Under the pieces are notes generated by a model that saw only the letters and a program-made list of their open reading frames with translations, did not search any database and had not been told where the DNA came from. The position numbers and the translations under genes were made by a program. 64,000 nucleotides of DNA from Myxococcales bacterium (GTDB lineage Bacteria > Myxococcota_A > Polyangia > Polyangiales > DASUME01): NCBI GenBank assembly GCA_047601445.1, contig JASGJH010000001.1, positions 3,744,001 through 3,808,000 on the forward strand, read 5' to 3'. Positions 19,035-29,004 of this stretch are shown piece after piece (positions within the stretch are counted from its first letter, which is position 1; each line of letters opens with the position of its first letter).

Positions 19035-20319
19035 TTAGAGAAGCGGAGGCTCGTATACTGCGCGAACCTTCCTGGCAGGCAACGGCCGACGTAACCTTTT
19101 TGGTTCGGCCTCTCGGGAAGCGGACTCGGGCGGGCTCCCAGCAGGCGGCTCCACGGCCTGGACGGGCTCCACGGTCTGCGCGGGCTCGGAGCCCAGGGTG
19201 ATGATGTTTGGCACCGGGGGCACCGGGACGGATGTGTCGAGCGGCGCTTGCGAGGGCTGACGATCCCCCTCGTGGGCTTCGGCGCGCTGGACCGGGCCTG
19301 CGCTCGGACGCCCTAGCAGCCAGCCCGTAGCGGCCACCAGGAGCGTGAGGAGCGCGAGTCCCCAGGCGAGCTTGGACCTGCTGGCCCGGCGCGCCCCAGA
19401 CATCACCCGGATCCCCGACTCTTCGTCGATTCGCGCCAGTTGGCGGAAGGGCAACAGCGTCGATCGCAGCTGCTCGAGCGTGGCGAAGCGCGCCCGCGCA
19501 TCGCGCGCCATGGCGCGTGCGATGGCGGCCTCGAGCTCGGGTGCGATGGAAGGCACATGCTCCCGCAGTGGCTTGGGGGTGCCCGCGCAGATCTGCGCGA
19601 TGAGCTGGCTCAAGCTCTGGTGATCGTAGGGCAGGACCCCGGCCAGGCAGCGGTACAGGATGACCCCGAAGGCATAGACGTCGGCGCGCACGTCGACCTC
19701 GAGCGCGTCGATCTGCTCGATGGACATGTACGCTGGCGAGCCGAGGAGCGCGCCCGGGCGCGTCAGCGAGTGGCCTTCGCGCGAGGCGGGCGTGAGGGTC
19801 TTGGCGACGCCGAAATCCAGCACCTTGGGGTGCCATTCGCCGTCCGGGCGCTGACACAGGAAGATGTTGTCGGGCTTGAGAATCGCGATGGACGATGCCG
19901 AGCGCATGAGCGGCGGCCACGCCCTCCATGGCCGGGACGAGCCAGTCGAGGGCCTGACGCAAGGAAACCTTGCCGCGCTTGTCGAGCACCTGCTGCAGGC
20001 TGTGGCCTCGCAGATACTCCATCACCAGGAACGGACACCCCGCGTGTTCGGACACGTCGTAGATGTCGACCACGTGGGGATGGTGGACCTGACCGACTGC
20101 ACGCGCCTCGCGCTGAAAGCGGGCACGAGCCACCTCGTCGTGGCTACCGGCGTCGAGCCACTTGATGGCCACGAGCTTGCCGGTCCCCTGATTCTCCGCG
20201 AGGAAAACCGTCCCCATACCGCCACGCCCAAGCACCCGCTCGACGCGGTACTTGCCGCCGAGCAGTTCGCCCTGCCGCGGGAGGAGCTGCCAGGGATCGG
20301 GAGCCAGCTGCACGGGCAT
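19035..20319 (-). pseudogene. Ser/Thr protein kinase with transmembrane helix, frameshifted in the catalytic loop
   Basis: LGRGGMG, VAIK and IVHRD in one frame; LKPDN, DFG, GSPAYMSIE and DVYAFG in another. One extra base near 19881 (GAT-T-CTC on the minus strand). Confidence 0.85.
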
Positions 20320-20489
20320 CACCCTAACCGAAAAGAAGGGTCCGAGCACTCCCCCAACCAGCCCAAAAGCTGGGGTAGTTCTTCCCAAAACGCCGATCCG
20401 TCGACCCAAATGAGGTGAAGATCACGTTTTTTTCCGAATCGACCTTGAATCGTCAGCGGGTGCTCACAAAGCCGTTCCATCTGGCTGGA

Positions 20490-21257
20490 ATGACAGCTCG
20501 CTCACGGCTCGGGTTCGGCGCGCTCGGTCTGGACCTGCCCGCCGGGCTGCTACTGCTGGCCTCGGGCTGCACCGGGGCTGGGGACGATCCGCCGTTGGGT
20601 TCGAGCCTCGACGTCGCGGCCGACGTGCCCGCCTACGCCGAACATCCGGTCCAGTCCGCGGTCGACGCGGGGGCGCCCGCGATGGACCCCACCCCGGGCG
20701 AAGCCCGCCCCGACCCAGACGGGCTCCGGGATGCCGACGCAGAGGTCGCCCTACCCGACGACGAGCGCTGTGACCCGGTGCGCGACTGGGGCCCGAAGTC
20801 GATGGCCTACGAAGAGCGCCTGCTGGAACTCACCAATCAGGTGCGCGCGGTGGGCGCCGACTGCGGCGATGCAGGGGTGTTCGAGTCCAGCCCACCGCTG
20901 CGGGTGGAGGGCCGCCTCCTGTGCGCGGCACGCTTGCACTCCCGGTACATGGCCCTGACGCGAGACTACGGGCACGTCGAAGCGCAGACCGGGCTCGACC
21001 CCTTCCAGCGCATCGAAGCGGTCGGCTATGAGTTCTCCGCGGCAGGGGAGAACGTGGCGAGCGGCGACGTGGGACCCGACGAGATGTTCGCAGGTTGGTT
21101 GGCCAGCGACTTCCACTGCGCAAACCTGCTGAGACCGGTGTTGCACGAGATCGGCATCGCCTGCGCGCGTGGCTGGGGCCCCGGTGAGCGCTCCGACCAC
21201 TTGGTCAACTACTGCACACAGGACTTCGGCACGCGGTCTCATGGGCCGGAGTTCTGA
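20490..21257 (+). CDS. CAP/SCP-domain lipoprotein
   Basis: LASGC lipobox; AARLHSRYM, GENVA, WLASDFHCANL, TQDFG motifs. Confidence 0.9.
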   Translation: MTARSRLGFGALGLDLPAGLLLLASGCTGAGDDPPLGSSLDVAADVPAYAEHPVQSAVDAGAPAMDPTPGEARPDPDGLRDADAEVALPDDERCDPVRDWGPKSMAYEERLLELTNQVRAVGADCGDAGVFESSPPLRVEGRLLCAARLHSRYMALTRDYGHVEAQTGLDPFQRIEAVGYEFSAAGENVASGDVGPDEMFAGWLASDFHCANLLRPVLHEIGIACARGWGPGERSDHLVNYCTQDFGTRSHGPEF

Positions 21258-21715
21258 TCGGCGCGTGCCCGTGGTGGGATGGGGAAGTTGTCGTAGATCA
21301 CCTGATTGCGCCGAAAGCCGGCCGCTTCACGGTGGATCACCAGGTCACGACGGCGACGCTCGGCTTCCTCGCGTTGACGGTTGAAGCGCTCGATCGCGGC
21401 ATCCAACGCGCTCGCACCTGGCGCCCCCCGTCGCGCCAGCGCCAACTCGTGAGCACGCAGGTCGAGCTCGGCCAGCGCGAGGTTGAGCTTGTCTTCGGTG
21501 GCCCCGAGGGCCCGCGCGACTTCGCCCGCGATCTCGTGCTCGAGTGAGCGCAGCTCCTGCTCGGGATCGACGCGGCGCCGGATGCGCTCGAGATACGCGC
21601 TCTCCACACCCTGCTGCGCGAGTTCGTTGGCCAATCGCTGCCACGCGGGTTCCCGTCTCACCTCGCACACAATACCAGGCCTGGGGGCCCACGCCGCGCA
21701 GACGTAGACATCCAC
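21239..21715 (-). CDS. Hypothetical coiled-coil protein
   Basis: Helical ORF with LVIHREAAGFRRN; start uncertain. Confidence 0.65.
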   Translation of the reverse strand: MDVYVCAAWAPRPGIVCEVRREPAWQRLANELAQQGVESAYLERIRRRVDPEQELRSLEHEIAGEVARALGATEDKLNLALAELDLRAHELALARRGAPGASALDAAIERFNRQREEAERRRRDLVIHREAAGFRRNQVIYDNFPIPPRARADQNSGP

Positions 21716-21745
21716 GATTCTGGCTACTTTCTAGGGCCCATTCGG

Positions 21746-23161
21746 GTGCGTTATGCTGACCAGGTGAAGCCAATCGGTGCGGAGCGCCTGCGGAAGATCA
21801 TCGATGCGCAACGGGACATCATGGCCTGCGGGCCCGACGTGATCTCGGTGATGCGGGTAACGACTGAGTGGGCGCGCGTACTCACGGGCTCGACCGCGAG
21901 CGTCATCGAGATGGTCGATGGCGATGAGATGGTGTACCGAGCAGCCGCCGGCACGGCCATCGGCAGCGAGGGGCTGCGGCTGAAGGCGGCGAGCAGTTTG
22001 TCGGGCCGATGCGTGCTCGAGCGCCGCATGCTCTACGCGGAGGACACCGAGAGCGACCCGCGCGTGGACATCGAGGCGTGTCGACGTGTGAATGCGCGCT
22101 CGATGCTGGTGTTGCCACTGTTCTACGAGGCGCGCTGCGTGGGGGTGCTCAAGGTGTTGGCTCCGACCCCGGGAGCCTTCGACGACGACGACGTCGCGCT
22201 CTTGCAGCTGATGGTGGGCTTCATTTCCTCCGCCATGGGACACGCTGCGGCCCACGACGCCGTGCTGGCTTCCGAAAACCGCTTCCGCGGGCTCGCCGAG
22301 TTGGCCCACGACGCCATCGTGACGCTCGATCAGGAGGGGCGCATCACGTTCTGGAATCGGGGCGCGGAGCGCATGTTCGGCTACAAGGCCGATCAGGTCC
22401 TGGGCGGTCCGCTGCAGGCGATCTGCCCGGAGATCGACGTAGCGACCCGCAGCGTGCACCAGCGGCGAACGCTGCCGCCGGTCGTGAAGGGAGCCACCAT
22501 CCCACCCCCTGCGGACCTGCCTCTGCTCGATCACGTGGTGGAGCTGATCGCACGCTGCTTCGACGGCAGCGAGATGCCCATCGAGCTCGCGGTATCCGCC
22601 TGGAGCGTGAACGGCCAGGAGCAGTTCACCGCGGTGTTCCGCGACATCCGCGAGCGCAAGCGCGCGACAGCCGAGGCCATCGACCGCTTTCGCATCGACC
22701 AGCTGACGGGCCTGTTGGTGCGCCGCGCAGGCAATGAGGCGCTGCGCCTGGAGGCCGAGCGCTCGCGACGCCATCACCACAGCTACTGCGTGGTGTTGCT
22801 CGACCTGGACCACTTCAAGCGCGTGAATGACAACTTCGGGCATCACGTGGGAGATCTGCTGCTGCAGCGCGTGGGGCTCGTGGTGCGTCAGATCTTGCGC
22901 GAGACCGACATCGCCGTGCGCTGGGGTGGCGAGGAGCTCTTGTTGATGCTGGTGGAGACGGGGCGCGAGGGCGGAATCGAATGCGCCGAGCGCATCCGGC
23001 AAGCAGTGGAGGCCCTCCGCATGGAGGAAGTAGGGCCTGTGAGCCTGTCGGCCGGGGTCGCCTGCTGTGCGGATCAGGAGGCGCTCGAGGTGGTGATCGA
23101 ACGCGCGGACGAGATGCTCTACGCCGCCAAAGACGCGGGGCGCAACCGTGTGATGAGTTGA
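21746..23161 (+). CDS. GAF-PAS-GGDEF diguanylate cyclase
   Basis: GAF, PAS (WNRGAERMFGY), DQLTGL, DLDHFKRVND.FGH..GD, RETD I-site, RWGGEEL. Confidence 0.92.
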   Translation: MRYADQVKPIGAERLRKIIDAQRDIMACGPDVISVMRVTTEWARVLTGSTASVIEMVDGDEMVYRAAAGTAIGSEGLRLKAASSLSGRCVLERRMLYAEDTESDPRVDIEACRRVNARSMLVLPLFYEARCVGVLKVLAPTPGAFDDDDVALLQLMVGFISSAMGHAAAHDAVLASENRFRGLAELAHDAIVTLDQEGRITFWNRGAERMFGYKADQVLGGPLQAICPEIDVATRSVHQRRTLPPVVKGATIPPPADLPLLDHVVELIARCFDGSEMPIELAVSAWSVNGQEQFTAVFRDIRERKRATAEAIDRFRIDQLTGLLVRRAGNEALRLEAERSRRHHHSYCVVLLDLDHFKRVNDNFGHHVGDLLLQRVGLVVRQILRETDIAVRWGGEELLLMLVETGREGGIECAERIRQAVEALRMEEVGPVSLSAGVACCADQEALEVVIERADEMLYAAKDAGRNRVMS

Positions 23162-23399
23162 GCGGCCAGGAGCGCGGAGGAGGCGGGCGCGCGGCTTTAT
23201 TGGACGCACGGACCTGGCGTAAAAAGACCAGGAATCCACGGGAGTTCGGGGCGACGCACGGGCACGAGACGGCGCCATCCGCGGCCTTCCGGGGGAAGCT
23301 TTAGATTTGCGCAACATGTGACGGGCAAGCTGATGTGAGTGGCAAAGCCGAGCGCACGCTGGAGTGGGAATCCGGCCTTTGCTTCGATTGGAACGGACG

Positions 23400-24299
23400 A
23401 TGGCAGCTCTGGATCTCAAGCATCCCCATGACTCGGACGAGGACGGCCGCGGACTCGAGGGCGACCTGAAGCTCCTGCGCGCGCTCACCGGCCGCCGACG
23501 CGTGCTCGGCTTGCTGGCCGCCGCGGGTTTCGTTCCGCTGCTCGCCTGCGGCAGCGACGCCAAGAACACCAGCACGTCTGGCGGCGATGGCGATGGGGAC
23601 GGCGATGGCGATGGCGATGGCGATGGCGATGTGACCAGCGGCGGGGATGGGGACGCGGGCAGCGGCAGCGGCAGCTGCGAGACCATCCCGGAGGAGACCG
23701 CGGGGCCCTACCCAGGCGACGGCTCGAATGGCCCCAATGCACTCCTTTTGAGCGGCATCGTGCGCAGCGATATCACGAGCAGCATCGCGGGCGCTACGGG
23801 CGTGGCCGATGGCGTGCCCTTGAAGGTGACGCTCACCATCGTGAACACCGCCGACGGATGTCGTCCGCTCGCAGGCTATGCAGTCTACCTCTGGCACTGC
23901 GACCGCGCCGGCAACTACTCCATGTATGGCCTGCCGAACGAGAACTATTTGCGCGGAGTCCAGGAGGCCGACGACCAGGGACGCCTGACCTTCGAGACCA
24001 TCTTCCCGGGCTGTTACTCGGGGCGCATGCCGCACATGCACTTCGAGATCTACGCGGGCCTCGACCAGGCTCAGCAAGTGAAGAACAAACTGGCCACCTC
24101 GCAGCTCACCTTCCCGACCGAGACCTGCGACACGGTGTACGCGAGCGACGGCTACGAGCAAAGCGTCAAGAACCTGGCCCAGATCAGCTTCGCGAAGGAC
24201 ATGGTCTTCAGCGACGGCTACCAGCTGCAGCTCTCGAACGTGAGCGGCAGCGTGGAGGCCGGCTACACGGCCGAGCTTACCGTCGCCATCGATGCTTGA
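23400..24299 (+). CDS. Intradiol ring-cleavage dioxygenase-like protein with Tat/lipoprotein-like signal
   Basis: ETAGPYP, WHCDRAGNYS, LRGVQ, TIFPGCYSGRMPHMH; RRRVLGLL...LLAC signal; (GD)n linker. Confidence 0.9.
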   Translation: MAALDLKHPHDSDEDGRGLEGDLKLLRALTGRRRVLGLLAAAGFVPLLACGSDAKNTSTSGGDGDGDGDGDGDGDGDVTSGGDGDAGSGSGSCETIPEETAGPYPGDGSNGPNALLLSGIVRSDITSSIAGATGVADGVPLKVTLTIVNTADGCRPLAGYAVYLWHCDRAGNYSMYGLPNENYLRGVQEADDQGRLTFETIFPGCYSGRMPHMHFEIYAGLDQAQQVKNKLATSQLTFPTETCDTVYASDGYEQSVKNLAQISFAKDMVFSDGYQLQLSNVSGSVEAGYTAELTVAIDA

Positions 24300-24339
24300 G
24301 CATGCGACGTCTCGGGCGGCTTCGCGTAAGATGATCGGC

Positions 24340-25008
24340 ATGACGCCGCGCGTGCTGCTCGTCGAAGACGACCTCGCCCTGGGTGCGCAAATCGAAGCTC
24401 AGTTGAGACGAGCGGGCTACGCACCCATCTGGTGGAAGGAAGGGCGTCGTATCGACGGTCCCGCGCCGGACGTCGCGCTGGTCATCCTGGATCTCATGCT
24501 GCCGGGCGTCTACGGCCTCGACATGCTCAAGAGCCTGCGCTCCAAGACGGATGTGCCCGTGCTGGTGCTGAGCGCGCGCAGCGACGCATCCGACAAGGTG
24601 CGCGCGCTCGCGCTCGGGGCGGACGACTACCTGACCAAGCCGTTCTGGCCCGAGGAGCTGATCGAGCGCGTGAAAGCGCGACTGCGTCGCCCTACCCTGC
24701 AGCGCCAGGATCGGCTGGAGGCGGGGGAGCTCGTCATCGATTTGTCGGCGCGCGCGGCCAGCACGGCGGGCAGCCCGCTCGAGTTGACCGCGCTGGAGTT
24801 CAATCTGCTGCTGGCGCTGGTCAAGCGTGAAGGTCAGGCCGTGGCACGCTCGTCATTGGCGGAGCAAGTGCTCGATCCCGAGCGCAGCAACAGCGAGCGA
24901 ACGCTCGACGTGCACGTATCGCGCTTGCGCAAGAAGCTCGGCGAGCACGCGCAGATCGAGACGGTGTGGGGCATCGGCTACCGCTTCCGGCGCAGCGGCA
25001 CTCCATGA
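24340..25008 (+). CDS. OmpR-family response regulator
   Basis: LLVEDD, LDLMLP, GADDYLTKPF, ETVWGIGY. Confidence 0.95.
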   Translation: MTPRVLLVEDDLALGAQIEAQLRRAGYAPIWWKEGRRIDGPAPDVALVILDLMLPGVYGLDMLKSLRSKTDVPVLVLSARSDASDKVRALALGADDYLTKPFWPEELIERVKARLRRPTLQRQDRLEAGELVIDLSARAASTAGSPLELTALEFNLLLALVKREGQAVARSSLAEQVLDPERSNSERTLDVHVSRLRKKLGEHAQIETVWGIGYRFRRSGTP

Positions 25009-26591
25009 AGCTGCGTCCCCGGCTTGCGCTCACACTGCTGGCAGTGACGGTCCCGCTGTTGGCCGCGGTCATCTATGCGGACACCCTATCGCGCCAAGAC
25101 GCAGCAGAACGGGCGCTGACTCGCTTCGTGCGTCAGATCCTCAGCGAGCCCGATGTGCGTGCCCGCTGCGAGCAGTCCTCCGACGGCGTGCTGCGTCCCC
25201 CTGCGGGCTTTCCACCGATGCGCCGCCCGCCACCCGCGGGTCCTCCCGGCGGCCCAAGCGGCGGGCCTCCACTCGGCGCACCGCCGGATATGCCTGGTGG
25301 CTTCCCGCCGGATGCTCCTCGGGGTGGCCCCCCGTTCGGCCCACCAAGCGGGCCTGGTGGTCCCTTGCCACCAGGGCCTGGCGGGCCGTTGCCCCCGGGA
25401 CCTGGCGGGCCGTTGCCCGCACCCGGCGAGTTCGCCCATCGCAAGCCAGCGGTGATCGCCCGCCTCGACGCAGCATTCACGGATGCCGAGCACCGCGTGC
25501 TCACCCTCTCATCGAGCCAAGCGAGCACGCTCGAGAGCGAGGGTGCGCTCGGTCTGTCTCGACCGAGCGAACGCGACGTGGCCCGCATCGTACTCGCGAC
25601 GCCCTGGGGCGAAGGGTCCTGCGCCTACGTCCTGGTGACCGGCAGCACGGAGGTTTGGCTGGGCGGCTTCCTGCCCCCCACGTTGGTCTGGCTGCTGCCC
25701 ATTGCGCTGGTCTTGCTTTCTGTGTGGGTCGCAGTTGGGCCGCCGGTGCGACGTCTGACCCGGCTGGCTCAGGCGGTGCGAGCCGCCAACGCATCGGATA
25801 GCGCGCTCGGCATCGAACTCGCGGGCGACGACGAGATCGCCGCGCTGGCCCGAGCCTTCGACGCCAAGAGCCGGGAGCTCTCGTCGGAGCTACGCGAGCG
25901 CACGCGCCGCGAAGGTGCGCTACGAGACTTCCTCGCCAACACGAGCCACGACGTGATGGTGCCGTTGACCGTGTTGCTCGGACACCTCTCCGGGCTGCGG
26001 GGCGCCCAGGAACTGAGCGAGGAGAGCCGAGAGGCCCTGCGGGGCGCGCTCAACGAAGCGCACTACGTGACCTCCTTGATCCAAAACCTCTCGCTCACCG
26101 CGAGCCTCGACTCGGCCGAGCCCCGCGTCGAGCGCGCGGCGTTGGATCTGCGTGCGGTGGTCGAGCGGGTCGTGGCGCGTCATGCACCCATCGCGCGCCA
26201 ACTTCAAGTGGCCCTCGACTACGCGGTCCCCGAAGAGCCGCTCGAGGTGCGCGGTGACGTCACCATGATCGAGCAAGCCGTGAGCAACCTGACCTACAAC
26301 GCGCTCCGCTACAACCGCGCCAACGGTCACGTGGCGGTCCTGCTCGAGCGGATGGCCGCGGGCTTTCGGTTGCAGGTGCTCGATGATGGTCCAGGCGTGC
26401 CGGAGCAAGAGCTTGGGCGCTTGCTCGAGCGTGGCCTGCGCACCGACAGCGCCCGCGCGCGCGTGCCCGAGGGCAAGGGTCTCGGGCTGGCCATCGCACG
26501 CCGCGTGGCGGAGCTGCATGGCTATCGGATCGCGCTGAGAAACCGCGACGAAGGGGGCCTCGAGGCCACGCTCGCGGGCCCTCGAGAGTGA
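25005..26591 (+). CDS. HAMP sensor histidine kinase with Pro/Gly-rich extracytoplasmic region
   Basis: Two TM helices, HAMP, SHDVMVPL H-box, NALRY, DDGPG, GLGLAI; ATGA overlap with the regulator gene. Confidence 0.92.
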   Translation: MKLRPRLALTLLAVTVPLLAAVIYADTLSRQDAAERALTRFVRQILSEPDVRARCEQSSDGVLRPPAGFPPMRRPPPAGPPGGPSGGPPLGAPPDMPGGFPPDAPRGGPPFGPPSGPGGPLPPGPGGPLPPGPGGPLPAPGEFAHRKPAVIARLDAAFTDAEHRVLTLSSSQASTLESEGALGLSRPSERDVARIVLATPWGEGSCAYVLVTGSTEVWLGGFLPPTLVWLLPIALVLLSVWVAVGPPVRRLTRLAQAVRAANASDSALGIELAGDDEIAALARAFDAKSRELSSELRERTRREGALRDFLANTSHDVMVPLTVLLGHLSGLRGAQELSEESREALRGALNEAHYVTSLIQNLSLTASLDSAEPRVERAALDLRAVVERVVARHAPIARQLQVALDYAVPEEPLEVRGDVTMIEQAVSNLTYNALRYNRANGHVAVLLERMAAGFRLQVLDDGPGVPEQELGRLLERGLRTDSARARVPEGKGLGLAIARRVAELHGYRIALRNRDEGGLEATLAGPRE

Positions 26592-26706
26592 GCCGTGAAT
26601 GTGCCCCCGCAGCTTCAGAGTCTCGCAAGGTTCGCGCGCCATGCTCTCAGTGGATGACGCTTCATCCCATTCAGTGCGCGCCCTCGAGCGCGCGCCCGGA
26701 GGTCCC

Positions 26707-27015
26707 ATGAGCACGAAACGTCGAACGCTTGCATCCTTGGTTATGGCGCTGCCCTGCCTGCTGCAGGGCCTGGCTCTGGCCGAAGCTCCCGAGGGCAGCT
26801 CCCACGCCGACTTCTTACAGAAGGGCCCGCCGCGCCCACCCGCTGAAGCCTTTGCCGCCTGCGAAGGCAAGGCCGACGGCGACACCTGCGAGGTCTCTTT
26901 CCGCGGGGAAACCCACGCGGGCACCTGCATCGCACCCAAGACCGACGAGCTCTTTTGCATGCCCAATGACATGCCCCCGCCTCCCCACGGCGGCGAGCCA
27001 CCACCCCGCCGCTGA
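26707..27015 (+). CDS. Small secreted Cys/Pro-rich protein
   Basis: GGAGG SD; signal peptide; PPAEAFAACEGK..GDTC...GTC....LFCMP. Confidence 0.75.
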   Translation: MSTKRRTLASLVMALPCLLQGLALAEAPEGSSHADFLQKGPPRPPAEAFAACEGKADGDTCEVSFRGETHAGTCIAPKTDELFCMPNDMPPPPHGGEPPPRR

Positions 27016-27031
27016 GAAAGGCTCTCGCGGC

Positions 27032-28834
27032 TCACATGACGCGCGTGCGTTGCTCCCACAGAAAGCCGCTGCAGCGCTCCTGCAGCGTCTGCTGCTTGAC
27101 CTTGCGCTTCAGCGACGCCGCGAGCTCACTGAGCATCCCCGAATGCAGGCTTCCCATGATGCGTGCGCGGTGGATCACCGACATGCTCAGGGTCACCAGC
27201 GGCACGCGTTCGATCTCCCCGCGTCGATTGCGGGCCACCATGAAGCCCGACTCCACATCCTCGGTGTCGAACAGCGCGAGCCGCTCCTGGTCGAACTCGG
27301 CGCAGGCCCGCGCGAGCACCTCTTCGGGCAGGCCAGCCGGCAACACCGCCACGAAATCGTCTCCTCCCAGATGACCGAGGCGCCCTACCCCGGGCGCGCC
27401 CGTCACCAGGCGCCCCAGCACGCGAGCTGCCAGGCGGATCAGCTCGTCTCCCATCAAGAACCCGTAGCGGTCGTTGTACTCCTTGAAGCGGTCGAGGTCG
27501 CCGTACACCAGCACCAACTCCTGGTTCTCGTCGCCGCCCAAGATCCACTTGTGAATCTCGCGGTTGCCCGGCAGCCCCGTGAGCGGACTCGCCCCCTGCG
27601 CGGACCGCACCTGCAGCTCCACCGAGCGCCGTATCAGCGACTTCATGGTGATGGTACCGAGCAAGGCGCCCTGCGCGTCCACCACGAGCACCGGGTCGTA
27701 CAGATCCTGCGGCGCCCGATCCATGGCCCGCGTCGCCAAGGTGGTGACGAGTGCCTTCTCTGAGACGGACAGCGGGTTGAGCTTGGCAGCCTGCTCCACG
27801 GGCTTGCGCTGGCTGAGCGCATACGCGTAGCGCCCGCCGAGCCGCGCGAAGAAGTCCTCTCGCGTGATCAGCCCCAGCGGCCGGCCGCCCGCGACCACGA
27901 CCATGTGGTCGAGGCTCGGCGAGGCGCGAAACATCTGCTCCACCCGCTCCACCCGCAGCGAGGCCTCCACCATCACGGGCTCCAGGATCAAGGAATCCAC
28001 GATCTCGTCGACCTCGCCCAGGCCCGCATGGGTCGAGCGCACCAGGTTCCTGAGTTGACCGCGCGTGTCGGGCGTCAGGTCGCGGGGCTCCTTGGCCGGG
28101 CGCTCGAGCAAGAAGCCCTGAGCGTAGCGGACGCCGAGTCGCAGCAAGGTATCGAGCTCCTCCCAGAGCTCCACCCCCTCGGCCACCAGCCGCGTGTCCA
28201 CGCTGGCGGCAAACGCCGTCAGCGAGCGCACCAAGTTGCGCTTGTAGGGATGCTTGTGGACGTCGCGCACCACCTCGCGATCGAGCTTGATGAAACGCGG
28301 CGTGCAGGCGATCAGCGAGAGCAAGCTCGAGTGACCCGCGCCGAAGTCGTCGGCAGCAAACTGAAAGCCGAGCCGTCGAAAGTGCTCCACCACCCGCTGG
28401 AAGCGCGCGTGATCGCGGATGGAGTGGTGCTCGGTCACCTCGAAGACCACGCGCGCGGGGTCCACACCTCTGCGCGTGAAGTCCGCGAAGAGCTGGCTCG
28501 GGCTGAAGCGCACGTCCTCGACGACGTTCGGGCTCACGTTCAAGAAGAAGAGCCCACCCCGCAATTCATGCTGCACCTCGGCGATGCGCGCGATGGACGC
28601 CGCCCGGCATGCCTGCTCGAGCTCCCAGGTACTGCCCTGCTGGCGGGCGGACTCGAACAGGGCCCCGGCGCTCTCCAACGCGCCCTCGCCACGCGAGAGC
28701 AACTCGTAACCCATGCATTGGCCCGCGATCAGATCCACGATGGGCTGAAAGACGCAGGAGATCCTTACAGCCTGGGGCGCTGTCGCAGATCCTCTCCACA
28801 CGGACAATTCCGGATCCGCGGACAACTCGTGCAT
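27032..28834 (-). CDS. EAL-CBS-GGDEF c-di-GMP phosphodiesterase/cyclase
   Basis: FQPIV, YELLSR, DDFGAGHSS, AEGVE, QGF; CBS-like pair; PLTGLPGN, GGDDF. Confidence 0.92.
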   Translation of the reverse strand: MHELSADPELSVWRGSATAPQAVRISCVFQPIVDLIAGQCMGYELLSRGEGALESAGALFESARQQGSTWELEQACRAASIARIAEVQHELRGGLFFLNVSPNVVEDVRFSPSQLFADFTRRGVDPARVVFEVTEHHSIRDHARFQRVVEHFRRLGFQFAADDFGAGHSSLLSLIACTPRFIKLDREVVRDVHKHPYKRNLVRSLTAFAASVDTRLVAEGVELWEELDTLLRLGVRYAQGFLLERPAKEPRDLTPDTRGQLRNLVRSTHAGLGEVDEIVDSLILEPVMVEASLRVERVEQMFRASPSLDHMVVVAGGRPLGLITREDFFARLGGRYAYALSQRKPVEQAAKLNPLSVSEKALVTTLATRAMDRAPQDLYDPVLVVDAQGALLGTITMKSLIRRSVELQVRSAQGASPLTGLPGNREIHKWILGGDENQELVLVYGDLDRFKEYNDRYGFLMGDELIRLAARVLGRLVTGAPGVGRLGHLGGDDFVAVLPAGLPEEVLARACAEFDQERLALFDTEDVESGFMVARNRRGEIERVPLVTLSMSVIHRARIMGSLHSGMLSELAASLKRKVKQQTLQERCSGFLWEQRTRVM

Positions 28835-29004
28835 GTGTCGAACTACGCCCCCCGACCCGAATATCGTAACTAGAGGCACGCGCGTCCCGACGTGACGTTG
28901 TTGTGACGGGGCTTTCTCGAACGGCATATGGCGCGGGCTCGTCGAGCCGTCGGAGCCCGAACGACCCGGCGTAACGCTGCGCCTCCGGATCCCGACGCGA
29001 GGGC

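Noticed and set aside
21731..23686. 651-aa minus-strand ORF with (SP)n repeat
   Set aside because: Antisense to the diguanylate cyclase and dioxygenase genes; the repeat mirrors the (GD)n linker.
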